From: Candidatus Poribacteria bacterium
GTDB lineage: Bacteria; Poribacteria; WGA-4E; GCA-2687025
Length of the DNA: 64,000 nt
Assembly (NCBI GenBank): GCA_963665845.2
Contig: OY762492.1
Location: 32,001-96,000 of the forward strand
Direction of reading: 5' to 3'
Positions 46,567 through 56,699 of this stretch are shown piece by piece. How positions within the stretch are numbered: position 1 is the first letter of the stretch; the number at the start of each line of letters is the position of its first letter. A program made the translations under genes and the position numbers. The notes beneath the pieces were generated by a model that was not told where the DNA came from, searched no databases, and worked only from the letters and a program-made list of their open reading frames with translations.

Positions 46567-49433
46567 GAAACACGATAGAGGTGATCGGAGCGCGCGAGAA
46601 CAACCTCAAAGACATCCATGTTGAGATGCCGCGCGATCGGCTGATCGTTGTAACGGGCGTCAGCGGTTCGGGCAAATCGTCTCTTGCGTTTGAGACGGTG
46701 TACGCCGAGGGTCAGCGCCGTTTTCTGGAGTCGCTCTCTTCGTTTGCGAAGCGTTTTATCGCCCAGCTGAAAAAGCCGGATGTCGATTTTGTGTACGGAC
46801 TTTCGCCCGTCGTTTCCATTGAACAAAAAACGACAGGGAACAACCCGCGCTCCACCGTCGGCACCATGACCGACATCAGCAACTATCTTCAGCTGCTTTA
46901 CGCCGCTGTCGGAGAGCCGCGCTGCCCTGTCTGCCAAGAGCGCATCGCTTATAAATCGGTTCATCAGATGGTGGAGCGCGTTCTGTCGCTGCCTGAAGGC
47001 GCCGCCGTAGAGTTGCGCGCTCCCGTCTGGAAAATCTTCGGGGAAGATTATCCGTATATGCTCGGAACGATACGCGGCAAAGGTTACCGCCGGCTCTACA
47101 TCGACGGAGAATTGACCGACATCAGCGACGAGGTCGAACTGGACGAGGACACCGAATATGATATGGAGGCGCTGGTTGATCGGTTTGTCGTCAAGCCTGG
47201 GATCGACAAGAACCTGCATGTGTCTATTGAACAGGCTTTGACCCTCGGCGAAGGCTTTATACGATTTCATATCGACAACGCCGAGGAGCTGGATATTGAT
47301 CTAGAGGCTTTCCACCGCGCTTTCTCCTGCGGCAAACACCATTTGACGATGGGGGAGCCGGCGCCGCCTTATTTTCAGTTCAACAACCCGGACGCCGCCT
47401 GTCAAACCTGCTCGGGACTCGGCTCCTATCTGCAGGTGCATCCCGACCTGCTTGTGCCGGACCGATCGCGCTCCATACGGGAAGGCGCGTTTGTGAGAGA
47501 GGCGTTTAAGTACAACCCCGACACATGGGACGGGCAGATGATGTACAGCCTCTCCCAGCATTACGGGTTCAGCCTGGACGACCCGTACGAGAAGCTGTCG
47601 CCAAAGACAATAGGGATTCTTCTTTACGGCACGAAGGGGGAGCGGTTCCCGATGGCGATCCCGCCTGAATCTAAAAAGAAGAGGCGGGAAGGGCATGAGT
47701 TTCGATTCGACGGCATTGTGAACCGCATTGACCGGCATTACCGCCATTACCGCCGCAAGCAGGAAGCGCACACGGGAATGGAAAACTACCTGCGCAAGGT
47801 GATGGTGGAACACACATGCCCAGAATGCGCCGGGACGCGCCTGAAATCGCAGCGGACGCTCGTCACGGTGAACGGAATGAACATACATGAGCTGGGAAAC
47901 CTGCATCTGTCCGACCTGCGCGCCTATTTTGACGGGGTTCGGCTGCCGGAAGAAAAAGTCGAGGTCGGCGGGCAGGTCATGAAGGAGATCACCGACCGGC
48001 TGGATGTGCTGCTTGGGATCGGCTTGGATTATCTGAACCTGAATCGGCGGTCCGGGACGCTGTCGGGCGGCGAATCGCAGCGGATACGGCTCTCAACGCA
48101 GATCGGATCGGGGCTGATGGGCATGCTGTATGTCCTGGATGAGCCGAGCATCGGCCTTCACCCGAAGGACAATCTGAAGATGATCGAGACGCTGAAACAT
48201 CTGCAGAGCCTCGGCAACACGGTCATTGTGGTTGAACATGATGAAGCGACAATGCGCGCCGCCGACCATATCATCGAGATCGGACCGGGGCCGGGTATTT
48301 ACGGCGGAGAGATTGTCGCGGAGGGGGACATTGAAAAGATTTTGGCGAACCCCGCCTCGTTGACAGGGCAATATCTGAGCGGGCGAAAAATGATTGAGCT
48401 GCCGCCGAGTCGGCGCGAGTCGAACGGAAAGGCGCTGCGCATTCGCGGCGCGCGCGCCAACAACCTGAAAGAGATCGATGTTGAGATACCGCTTGGCATG
48501 TTCGTATGCGTGACGGGCGTTTCTGGGTCCGGCAAAAGTACGCTCATCAATGAGATTCTTTACAAGAAGCTCTATTCGATCTATTACGACAGCCGGACGC
48601 TTTCGGGCGACCATGACGAGATGACCGGGCATGAAGATGTGACCGACATCATCAACATTGACCAGTCGCCGATTGGACGGACGCCGCGCTCCAACCCCGC
48701 GACCTATATCGGCGTGTACGACCATATCCGCGGGCTGTTTGCCGGGGTGGAGGAATCGCAGATGCGCGGGTATAAGCCCGGCCGTTTCTCGTTCAACCTG
48801 AAAGGCGGGCGGTGCGAAGAGTGCGCGGGCGACGGCGCCATCAAAACGCCCATGCATTTCATGCCGGATGTGGAGGTGACCTGCCCCGTCTGCAAGGGCG
48901 CGCGGTATAACCAAGAGACGCTTGAAATCCTGTATAACGGAAAAACGATCAAGGACATACTCGATATGCCGCTGGAGGAGGCGGAGCTGTTTTTTGCCGA
49001 GTCGAAGACGGTCAGCAAAAAAATCGGCGTCATGAACGAGCTGGGGCTGGGCTATCTGAACATGGGGCAATCCTCAACGACGCTCTCCGGCGGAGAGGCG
49101 CAGCGCGTCAAGCTGGCAAAAGAGCTGAGCAAGATCAAGCGCGGGGCGCATAAGCTGTATCTCCTAGACGAGCCGACGACCGGCTTGCATGCGGCGGACA
49201 TTCAGCGGCTTCTGGACGCGCTCAATCGGCTTGTGGACGCCGGCAACACGGCGATTGTCATCGAGCATCATCTGGATGTCGTCAAAACAGCCGACCATGT
49301 CATCGATCTTGGTCCTGAAGGCGGACACAGCGGCGGAGAGGTTGTCGCGGTCGGGACGCCCGAACAGGTCGCGGAGGTTGAGGCGTCGCATACGGGGCGT
49401 TATTTGCGGGAGACGCTTGCTTCCTCACCCTAA
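46563..49433 (+). CDS. uvrA: UvrA-family excinuclease ATPase
   Basis: GARENNLK, two GVSGSGKS, two LSGGE, zinc fingers, [17 protein letters not shown]. Confidence 0.92.
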   Translation: MRNTIEVIGARENNLKDIHVEMPRDRLIVVTGVSGSGKSSLAFETVYAEGQRRFLESLSSFAKRFIAQLKKPDVDFVYGLSPVVSIEQKTTGNNPRSTVGTMTDISNYLQLLYAAVGEPRCPVCQERIAYKSVHQMVERVLSLPEGAAVELRAPVWKIFGEDYPYMLGTIRGKGYRRLYIDGELTDISDEVELDEDTEYDMEALVDRFVVKPGIDKNLHVSIEQALTLGEGFIRFHIDNAEELDIDLEAFHRAFSCGKHHLTMGEPAPPYFQFNNPDAACQTCSGLGSYLQVHPDLLVPDRSRSIREGAFVREAFKYNPDTWDGQMMYSLSQHYGFSLDDPYEKLSPKTIGILLYGTKGERFPMAIPPESKKKRREGHEFRFDGIVNRIDRHYRHYRRKQEAHTGMENYLRKVMVEHTCPECAGTRLKSQRTLVTVNGMNIHELGNLHLSDLRAYFDGVRLPEEKVEVGGQVMKEITDRLDVLLGIGLDYLNLNRRSGTLSGGESQRIRLSTQIGSGLMGMLYVLDEPSIGLHPKDNLKMIETLKHLQSLGNTVIVVEHDEATMRAADHIIEIGPGPGIYGGEIVAEGDIEKILANPASLTGQYLSGRKMIELPPSRRESNGKALRIRGARANNLKEIDVEIPLGMFVCVTGVSGSGKSTLINEILYKKLYSIYYDSRTLSGDHDEMTGHEDVTDIINIDQSPIGRTPRSNPATYIGVYDHIRGLFAGVEESQMRGYKPGRFSFNLKGGRCEECAGDGAIKTPMHFMPDVEVTCPVCKGARYNQETLEILYNGKTIKDILDMPLEEAELFFAESKTVSKKIGVMNELGLGYLNMGQSSTTLSGGEAQRVKLAKELSKIKRGAHKLYLLDEPTTGLHAADIQRLLDALNRLVDAGNTAIVIEHHLDVVKTADHVIDLGPEGGHSGGEVVAVGTPEQVAEVEASHTGRYLRETLASSP

Positions 49434-50879
49434 GACGCGTTTCCACATCGCTAAATGATCAGGAATCTCGTACAGAAATCTGGACGGGTATTTCCCAGCC
49501 CCTTTATGCCTCTCCGCATAAGACAGGCACAACACCTCTTTCGCCCGGGTCATCCCGACATAGAATAGCCGTCTTTCTTCTTCGATATCGTTTCGCGGAT
49601 CGGGAATAATGGCGTCTTTTAGGGCGTACAGAAAAACGGCTCTGAATTCCAGCCCCTTCGCGCCATGGATCGTCGAGAGCGTGACCTCGTTGGCGCCATT
49701 CTCATTATCCATCGCGCCCCATCCCAGCAGTTCTGGTCTTCCCAGGATTTCCGTCTGGCGGACGTTGTACGGTATCTCATTTTGATACAGCGCGCCCTGC
49801 ATATTCTTTGCGAGCCATCTGTTTCGGTAGAGGACAGCAATGTCGCTGTATTTGTATCCTAATGCAACCAAAATCTTGATTCTCTCAGCGATTGTCCGCG
49901 ACTCAGCAAAGAAGGTGTCGCAGCGCGAGATGATGACTTTTCCGCCTTGATTCTTTTTTGTGATCAAATTTTTGGATACGCGGTCCTTGTTATTCTTGAT
50001 CATAGAGACAGCGGCATTCAAAATCGATTTCGTCGATCTGTAATTTTGAGTCAGTGTCACCGTCCTGGCGTTTGGATAATGCCTTTCGAATTTGCGTATG
50101 TTGTTAGGTTGCGCGCCATGAAACCCGTAGATCGATTGGTCGTCGTCGCCGACGACAAAGATGGAGTCGTTCGGTCCTGCGAGCTGCCTCGCTAATTTTT
50201 CCTGCAGGCGATTGGTGTCCTGGTATTCATCCACATGGAGAAATCGAATCTCGTCGTTCACCTCCGCGAGCAGATCTGGGCATTCTTCAAACAGCCGAAC
50301 CGTCTTATCGAGGAGGTCGGCGAAGTCCAGCATTTTGTATCGGCTCAGCTGTATTTGGTACGGACGATACCAGTTTTGGATCCAGGATTGCGTATGCGTA
50401 AAAATGTTCCGATGTTTTACCTTGTAGTTCTGGATTTCCAGGCTTCTCTTGCGGAGTTCCCTATCCAAGTCGTTGCCCGGTAGAATATCGCAGGCGGGGA
50501 GTCCTTTTAGGATGTCATGCTGCTTGAGCTCATCCGCGAGCTCAAAGTCGTTATTCCCGCCGATGCGGTCATAATGGAGTTTCAGCATTTTCAAGCAGAA
50601 TGAATGGATGGTGCTTGCCTGTACCTCGTCGTTTCCGACCAGCTTTCTGAGTCGCCGTTTCAATTCGCCGGCGGCTTTGCGGGTGAAGGTGAATGCCATG
50701 ATGTTTTCAGGGCTGACACCCGATTCAATCAGGCGGGCAATGCGCTCGGTTAAGACGTATGTCTTCCCGCTGCCGGGTCCTGCAAAAACGCGGATTGGCC
50801 CCTCTGTATGTTCAATGGCTTTGCGTTGTTGTTCGTTCGGTGTTTTTTCTTCATTTGGCATCGGTGACTCCACTGTCAT
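49425..50879 (-). CDS. short UvrD/PcrA-like SF1A helicase, copy 2
   Basis: [51 protein letters not shown]; ATG overlaps copy-1 stop. Confidence 0.9.
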   Translation of the reverse strand: MTVESPMPNEEKTPNEQQRKAIEHTEGPIRVFAGPGSGKTYVLTERIARLIESGVSPENIMAFTFTRKAAGELKRRLRKLVGNDEVQASTIHSFCLKMLKLHYDRIGGNNDFELADELKQHDILKGLPACDILPGNDLDRELRKRSLEIQNYKVKHRNIFTHTQSWIQNWYRPYQIQLSRYKMLDFADLLDKTVRLFEECPDLLAEVNDEIRFLHVDEYQDTNRLQEKLARQLAGPNDSIFVVGDDDQSIYGFHGAQPNNIRKFERHYPNARTVTLTQNYRSTKSILNAAVSMIKNNKDRVSKNLITKKNQGGKVIISRCDTFFAESRTIAERIKILVALGYKYSDIAVLYRNRWLAKNMQGALYQNEIPYNVRQTEILGRPELLGWGAMDNENGANEVTLSTIHGAKGLEFRAVFLYALKDAIIPDPRNDIEEERRLFYVGMTRAKEVLCLSYAERHKGAGKYPSRFLYEIPDHLAMWKRVLG

Positions 50880-52243
50880 GTCTGCAGATTGAAAGGCTGC
50901 TCCATTAGAAATTTGGAAGGCTGCTCCGCATACGAAAGATATAGAAGCTGTTCCGCCCGCGTCATCCCGACATAGAAAAGCCGCCTTTCTTCTTCGCGGG
51001 AACATCGCCTGTCGGGAATGATGTCGTTCTCTAGTCCGATCAGAAAAACGATCTTGAATTCCAATCCCTTTGCGCCATGGATCGTCGATAGCGCGACCGC
51101 GTTTGGATCATCCCCGTCTCCCGCGTCGCCTAGCAATTCTTTTTGGCCCAGCGCGCCCGCCTTGCTTGTAAAGCGTATGTGTCGGGCCGTCAGTTTCTTC
51201 TTCAGCTCTTTCGCTACCCAACCGTTTCGATACAGGACAGCAATGTTGCGGTACTGCAAGCCGTTCCATTTCGTCATCAATGTTTGAATCGATTTCGCAA
51301 TTTTTGCAGCCTCCTCCCAACGATTTTGACTGTGCATGATGCGTATCTGACCGCCTTGCTTATTTCTGGTGAACAAATATTTTGGAACGCGGTTATTGTT
51401 GTTTTCGATCACACTGACCGCCTTCTTCAATATCGTTTTCGTTGATCTGTAATTCTGCTCCAGTGTGACGGTCTCGGCGCTGGGATACTGCTCTGTAAAT
51501 TTGCGGATGTTGTCAGGATGCGCGCCGTGGAAGCCGTAGATCGATTGGTCGTCGTCGCCGACAACGCAGATATTCCCGCGTGGACCGGCGAGCATATTCG
51601 CCAGTTTTCCTTGCAAATAATTCGTGTCCTGGTATTCGTCCACATGGATATAGCGAAGGGCGTCCCTCGCGTTAGCGAGAAGATCGGGGCATTCCTCAAA
51701 CAGCTGAACCGTTTTGGCGAGCAAGTCGGCAAAGTCCAGCATGTTGCGTTCTTTCAGAGCTGACTCGTACGGCTCATAACATTCTTGCAGCCATGCGGGA
51801 TGCGCCTCTACAGCGTTTGGATCCCTTAGCTTGTATTTCTGGATTTTCAGTTTGTCGCAGTCGGGCAGGTTGGTTAAGAGCTGATCCTGCATCTCCTCGT
51901 CTGCAACCTCAAAGTTTTTGTCCCCGCCGATGAGGCTATAATGACGCTTCAGAGTTGCCCTGCAGAATGCATGGAAGGTGTTTGCATAAACGGCGCTGTT
52001 TCCGACCATCTCGTTCAGTCGCCGTTTTAATTCGCCGGCGGCTTTACGGGTGAAGGTGACCGCCATGATATTTTCGGGTTTGACTCCCGTCTGAATTAGG
52101 CGGGCGATGCGACAGATCAAAACCCGCGTCTTTCCGCTGCCAGGGCCGGCGAAGACGCACAACGGGCCGTTTTGATGTTCAACGGCTTCGAGCTGCTGCT
52201 GGTTTAAGCCGTCAAGCGGGTTCGGCATTGGCGGTTCCAACAT
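50876..52243 (-). CDS. short UvrD/PcrA-like SF1A helicase, copy 1
   Basis: Same SF1A motif set in 455 aa. Confidence 0.9.
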   Translation of the reverse strand: MLEPPMPNPLDGLNQQQLEAVEHQNGPLCVFAGPGSGKTRVLICRIARLIQTGVKPENIMAVTFTRKAAGELKRRLNEMVGNSAVYANTFHAFCRATLKRHYSLIGGDKNFEVADEEMQDQLLTNLPDCDKLKIQKYKLRDPNAVEAHPAWLQECYEPYESALKERNMLDFADLLAKTVQLFEECPDLLANARDALRYIHVDEYQDTNYLQGKLANMLAGPRGNICVVGDDDQSIYGFHGAHPDNIRKFTEQYPSAETVTLEQNYRSTKTILKKAVSVIENNNNRVPKYLFTRNKQGGQIRIMHSQNRWEEAAKIAKSIQTLMTKWNGLQYRNIAVLYRNGWVAKELKKKLTARHIRFTSKAGALGQKELLGDAGDGDDPNAVALSTIHGAKGLEFKIVFLIGLENDIIPDRRCSREEERRLFYVGMTRAEQLLYLSYAEQPSKFLMEQPFNLQT

Positions 52244-52287
52244 GAAAGCGAATGGCGTTTTTTATTGCGCGACCTGTTCTGATGTTC

Positions 52288-52316
52288 ATTATAGACGGCG
52301 TTGGAAGCGCGGTCAA
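52288..52316 (-). promoter_or_regulatory. sigma70 promoter for helicase pair
   Basis: TTGACC-17bp-TATAAT. Confidence 0.75.
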
Positions 52317-52400
52317 TTTCAATTTCCGATATTTATTTGGCGGTGTAGTGAAGGACTCGATCCAGCTTCGCTGCGCTCGCCCATGCCGCTTTATACGCGG

Positions 52401-52940
52401 TCAGGCTTTGTCCTCCTTTATTTGAGCCAGCAGCGCGTTGACCTCTGCCGTTGCCTTCTCAATCGCTGCGTCATGTTCAGCCGCCGCCGCTCTGCGTTCA
52501 GACAGCGCCGTGTTCAAGTGGATCTTTGCCTCGTCCGCCGCCTTCTCACTCGCCTTAACCGCCGCCTCAATTGCCGCTTCATGTACAGGCAGCGCCATGT
52601 CCTCTGCCATCCACTCTTTCTCCGTCGACTGAACTGCCGCTCTGTAGTCAGACAGCGCCGCGTTCAACATCTCCTTGGCTTTGGCCGCGGCTGTCTCAAT
52701 CCCCGCCTCATGTTCAAACCCCGCTGCCTCCCACACCGTTGCTTCCTCTTCCCATGCCGACGCTTCCGCCTTCAAACGCCGCTCCGCCGCTTTCAACCGC
52801 GCTGTTGCAAATTCATGCCCCGCTGCTTGCATCGCCGCCGCAAATTCTTCACCCGCTGCTTGCATTGCCGTCGCGAGTTCAGCCGCCGCCGCCTGAAACG
52901 CTTCTTGCGCTGCGCCCGTCTTTATTCGCTCGTTACTCAT
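52401..52940 (-). CDS. Ala/Glu-rich helical repeat protein
   Basis: GGAGG RBS; upstream TTGACA-17bp-TATATC (52980-53008); 11-residue repeats. Confidence 0.7.
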   Translation of the reverse strand: MSNERIKTGAAQEAFQAAAAELATAMQAAGEEFAAAMQAAGHEFATARLKAAERRLKAEASAWEEEATVWEAAGFEHEAGIETAAAKAKEMLNAALSDYRAAVQSTEKEWMAEDMALPVHEAAIEAAVKASEKAADEAKIHLNTALSERRAAAAEHDAAIEKATAEVNALLAQIKEDKA

Positions 52941-53075
52941 CCGCCGCCTCCGTTCATTTGTTTTGACTTGCCGGCTCTAGATATACCGCCAACAGCCCGC
53001 AATGTCAATATGCCGCGCTGACCCTACGGGCTTTACCCGAAATCTGAATCGGACGGCTCAAAAAATGCGGATTTT

Positions 53076-53176
53076 GCGACCTCACCCCCGCCGCATGCAA
53101 TTTCCGATAATATGTTGATTGGGCATTTATATTGGCGGCGGGCATTCTACTTCCGATAATATTTCTATTGTGCATC
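53076..53176 (+). repeat. 36-bp repeat and two degenerate dif-like sites
   Basis: 53076-53111 is an inverted copy (35/36) of 56293-56328; ATTTCCGATAA at 53100 and ACTTCCGATAA at 53149. Confidence 0.6.
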
Positions 53177-53190
53177 AAGGCGCGGCGCAT

Positions 53191-53219
53191 TCGACAAAAC
53201 GGGCGAAGCGCGCTATGAT
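53191..53219 (+). promoter_or_regulatory. sigma70-like promoter
   Basis: TCGACA-17bp-TATGAT. Confidence 0.6.
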
Positions 53220-53248
53220 GTTCATGGAATCATTGCGAAGCGGAACGC

Positions 53249-54094
53249 ATGAAGATAAGCCCTCATCACCTCGTCCTTGAAATCGGCAGCGGACACAACC
53301 CGCATCCGCGCTCCGACGTCCTGTGCGACAAGGCGCTCGTCAACGACAGGGAGCGCGGCGGCCCTCTTGTCGCCGACCGCCCCCTCGTCATCGCCGACGC
53401 CGAAGCGCTCCCGTTCAAAGAGAACGCCTTCGACTACATCATTTGCTCGCATGTGTTGGAACATGCGCGCGACATCGAACGTTTCCTAAAGGAAGTCCAG
53501 CGCGTCGGAAGAGCGGGCTATATCGAAACCCCCTCCTCCATCGCCGAACGCTTGTACGGATGGGATTACCACCGATGGCTTATCGACCGCATCGACGACC
53601 GTCTCGTCATTCGCCCAAAGACCTTCTCGAACGCTTTCGGCATGCTGTTTCACGAGCTGGTCAAGCAGAGCCGCAGTTTCGCCGCGTTTCACCGCGATTT
53701 CAGCGGGCTGCTGCTGACGCAGTACGAATGGAGCGGGCGGATCGAATACCGCATGGAGCCGGCGGACTTCGAGCCGTACGACCTGCGCGGAGTCGAGTCG
53801 GCGCGTTCCATGCTGAACATGCCGAAACGAAGTTGGCGGCGCCGTTTTGGGTCGATGGTTCCGGCGGGGGCGCGCCGTTTCGCCAAGCGGACGCTTTCCA
53901 GACGGCTCCGTTCCGCGCGTCCGAAAGTGTCTCTCCAGGAGCTGGCGGTATGCCCCTCATGCAAGGGGGAGCTGGTCTGGTCGGACAGCGCGGCGGCATG
54001 CGCGGCGGAGGGCATTACGTTTAAAACGGCGGACGGAACGCCTATATTTCTGTTGGACGACACGCAAACGAGCGAGGATGAACATGAACATTGA
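53249..54094 (+). CDS. SAM methyltransferase with Trm112-like C-terminus
   Basis: VLEIGSG, LPFKENAFDYIICSHVLEH; LAVCPSCKGEL...DGTPIFL. Confidence 0.8.
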   Translation: MKISPHHLVLEIGSGHNPHPRSDVLCDKALVNDRERGGPLVADRPLVIADAEALPFKENAFDYIICSHVLEHARDIERFLKEVQRVGRAGYIETPSSIAERLYGWDYHRWLIDRIDDRLVIRPKTFSNAFGMLFHELVKQSRSFAAFHRDFSGLLLTQYEWSGRIEYRMEPADFEPYDLRGVESARSMLNMPKRSWRRRFGSMVPAGARRFAKRTLSRRLRSARPKVSLQELAVCPSCKGELVWSDSAAACAAEGITFKTADGTPIFLLDDTQTSEDEHEH

Positions 54095-55301
54095 ATCGAA
54101 ACGGCTGCTCCGACTTCCCGCCTACATGCTAGGGGCGCTTCGCCAGAAAACGCATCAGATGCGCCGATCCGGCATCGATGTGATCGATCTGGGCATGGGA
54201 AATCCGGATCAGCGGACGCCGCAGCATGTGATCGACAAGCTGTGCGAGACGGCGCAGGAAGCGCGCAACCATGGATACGCGCCGTCCAAGGGCATCTTCA
54301 ACCTTCGGCGCGAGATCTGCCGGCTGTACGCCTCCCGCTACGATGTCATGCTGGACCCTGAAACCGAAGCGATCTCGGTCATCGGCACGAAGGAGGGGAT
54401 CGCCAACCTGGCGCTCGCCATCGTGGATGAGGGAGACATCGCCCTGATCCCCGATCCGACCTACCCGATACATATGTACAGCGTTGTGATTGCCGGCGGG
54501 AGCGCCATCAGCGTTCCCCTGAACGATGTTGAAACTTTCATTCCGAGCGTCGCGCAAATTGTGGAATCGATTCGTCCAAAGCCGAAGATGATGATTCTCA
54601 GTTTTCCGCACAACCCGACTGGAGCGGTTGTGGACCTTGCCTTTTTTGAGGAGGCGGTTCAGTTTGCGCGTCGGCATGAGATTCTGCTGGTTCATGACAT
54701 GGCGTACGCCGATCTGACCTTTGACGGCGTCGCGGCGCCGAGCGTCCTGCAGGTTCCGAAAGCGAAAGAGATCGCCGTCGAGTTCTATTCGCTCTCCAAG
54801 TCGCACAGCATGGCGGGCTGGCGAACCGGTTTCTGCGTCGGCAACCGCGACATCATCGCGGCGCTGGCGAAGATCAAAAGCTACAGCGACTACGGCATCT
54901 TCCTGCCGATACAGGTTGCCGCGATCATGGCGCTGCGCACCGAGGAGCATATACTCAAAGAGACAGCGGCGATCTACCGAAAACGGCGCGATGTGCTGAT
55001 CGACTCGTTCGGGCGCATCGGCTGGGAAATCCCGTCCCCGCCCGCGACCATCTTTGCATGGGCGGAGATACCGGAGCCTTACAGGGCGGAAGGCTCGCTC
55101 AAGTTTGCGACGCGCCTGCTGAACGAGGCGGAGGTGTGCGTCTCTCCCGGCGTCGGCTTCGGAACGCAAGGAGACGGGCATGTGCGCATCGCGCTTGTTG
55201 AGAACGAAAACCGAATACGGCAGGCGGCGCGTCAAATACGCCGCGCGCTTCAATTGCCGAACGCGCAGAACGGTCATAAGGAAAAACGCAATGATGAATG
55301 A
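54078..55301 (+). CDS. class I/II PLP aminotransferase (AlaC/LL-DAP-like)
   Basis: DLGMGNPD, GTKEG, PHNPTG, HDMAYAD, SLSKSHSMAGWRTG. Confidence 0.9.
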   Translation: MNMNIESKRLLRLPAYMLGALRQKTHQMRRSGIDVIDLGMGNPDQRTPQHVIDKLCETAQEARNHGYAPSKGIFNLRREICRLYASRYDVMLDPETEAISVIGTKEGIANLALAIVDEGDIALIPDPTYPIHMYSVVIAGGSAISVPLNDVETFIPSVAQIVESIRPKPKMMILSFPHNPTGAVVDLAFFEEAVQFARRHEILLVHDMAYADLTFDGVAAPSVLQVPKAKEIAVEFYSLSKSHSMAGWRTGFCVGNRDIIAALAKIKSYSDYGIFLPIQVAAIMALRTEEHILKETAAIYRKRRDVLIDSFGRIGWEIPSPPATIFAWAEIPEPYRAEGSLKFATRLLNEAEVCVSPGVGFGTQGDGHVRIALVENENRIRQAARQIRRALQLPNAQNGHKEKRNDE

Positions 55302-56049
55302 ACGATCCTGCCGCGCTCTCTTTGCCGCATTATGCGCCGCCGCAGCGTTGGCCGCTTTCCATCCAGCGTCCGCGTTGCGCCTCATTGTGATCGACGCCGG
55401 ACATGGCGGCGCCGATCCAGGGGCGGTGAAAGGCGGCGTGCTAGAAAAAGATGTGAACCTCGCTGTCGCAAAGCGGCTGAAGGCTTATCTGGAAAAACAT
55501 ACGACGGCGCGCATCGTCATGACTCGAACGGGCGACCAGACGCTCTCGCTGTCGCAGCGGTCGGCAATCGCCAACAAGGCGCAAAAACCCGGCATGGACG
55601 GCCTCTTCATCAGCCTGCACTGCAACTCCGCCTACAACAGATTGGCGCGCGGCATTGAAACCTACGTCCACAACAACAAGGCGAGCGACGCCCGGGCGGC
55701 GCGTCTGGCGAGACGCGAAAACTTGGGGGACCAGGGCAACCGCAACATGATCATGCTTGACATGAACAACAGGCTGCATAACTCCCGTTCCAACGACCTT
55801 GCGAAGTCGGTTCATACGGAGATGATCAAGCGGGCGCATGCGCATGATCGGCGCGTTCGTCAGGCTCCGTTTTATGTGCTGTTTTATTCCCAGATGCCGT
55901 CCATTCTGGTGGAGCTGGGTTTCTTGAGCAACACAACGGAGCGGAACGCTCTCAAGACCGCGGCGTATCAGCAGAAGCTGGCGGAGGCTCTCGGCGGGGG
56001 CGTGACTCAGTTTTTATCGCGCTCTCCCGCTGTCGGCTCCACTCGCTAA
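55291..56049 (+). CDS. N-acetylmuramoyl-L-alanine amidase (Amidase_3)
   Basis: Signal peptide; IDAGHGG, EKDVNL, FISLHCN, LVELGFLSN. Confidence 0.93.
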   Translation: MMNERSCRALFAALCAAAALAAFHPASALRLIVIDAGHGGADPGAVKGGVLEKDVNLAVAKRLKAYLEKHTTARIVMTRTGDQTLSLSQRSAIANKAQKPGMDGLFISLHCNSAYNRLARGIETYVHNNKASDARAARLARRENLGDQGNRNMIMLDMNNRLHNSRSNDLAKSVHTEMIKRAHAHDRRVRQAPFYVLFYSQMPSILVELGFLSNTTERNALKTAAYQQKLAEALGGGVTQFLSRSPAVGSTR

Positions 56050-56059
56050 CCGCCTTTCG

Positions 56060-56202
56060 GCTGGACGCTTTCGCCAGCGGCTGTCCGGACCGTCCTTTGG
56101 GGATGTTCTGGGCAGCCGTTCGTATGTACGTTGTACGGACGGGTTCGGTTTTGGTGAACGTCAAGCGAACATGCGCTGGAAACGTGAGGTTAACGCGTTC
56201 GC
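56060..56202 (+). ncRNA. candidate structured RNA (consecutive hairpins)
   Basis: 4-5 abutting stems whose non-Watson-Crick pairs are mostly G-U on the + strand; family not recognised. Confidence 0.3.
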
Positions 56203-56276
56203 CCGCGGAGGAGCCGACGCTGCGCATTCTCCTAAAAGCTAGCGTTGGCGCAGGTTTGGGCGATTTCCGCTTTGAA

Positions 56277-56304
56277 AGTATACATAATAATCATTATCGG
56301 AAAT
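56277..56304 (-). other. dif-like XerC/XerD recombination site
   Basis: ATTTCCGATAA-TGATTA-TTATGTATACT: 11-6-11 layout, D-arm 1 nt from B. subtilis TTATGTAAACT. Confidence 0.65.
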
Positions 56305-56465
56305 TGCATGCGGCGGGGGTCAGGTCGCCCATTTCGACTTTTCATGCCTCCGAGCGCGTTTCGCCGCAGCGACTCTCTTCGAGACCATGCGCCGCCTAAA
56401 TTCAACGATCAAACCGTTATCGGAAGTCAGCGCGGATCAAACAATCTCGAAGGGTAAGATCAGCA

Positions 56466-56609
56466 GGTAGTACGCTCATACGATGATGTTGATCGGAGAC
56501 GCGATATGGACGGCGTCTGCGACGCCTAAGATTCCCGTTTTCACGGGAATGACGTCAGGCGGCGCCGACGCTTATGGTCAAATGAAGTTCATCGCATGGG
56601 CGTACCGCC
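56466..56609. mobile_element. MITE-like element (family B)
   Basis: Near copy of 39929-40077 with TIRs GGTAGTACGCTCATACGATGA / TCATCGCATGGGCGTACCGCC. Confidence 0.8.
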
Positions 56610-56699
56610 AGGTCGGCAGGTTGACTTGACCTGGCGCCGTCCATGCTTTATCGTTAATGCGTTGACCTGTATATCCCCTCCCGGCGCCGGGGAAACGGA

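Noticed and set aside
50880-51005. 526-aa start for the second helicase
   Set aside because: Overlaps copy 1; the ATGA-coupled start at 50879 matches the paralogue's N-terminus
52274-52287. LexA box before the helicases (GTTC-N4-GTTC)
   Set aside because: Matches neither GAAC-N4-GTTC nor GTTC-N7-GTTC; single occurrence
53847-54077. N-terminal extension of the aminotransferase
   Set aside because: Overlaps the methyltransferase; family similarity begins at MNMNIES
55952-56227. 91-aa minus-strand ORF
   Set aside because: Overlaps the amidase 3' end, the AGGAGA abuts the ATG, and it has no protein-like features
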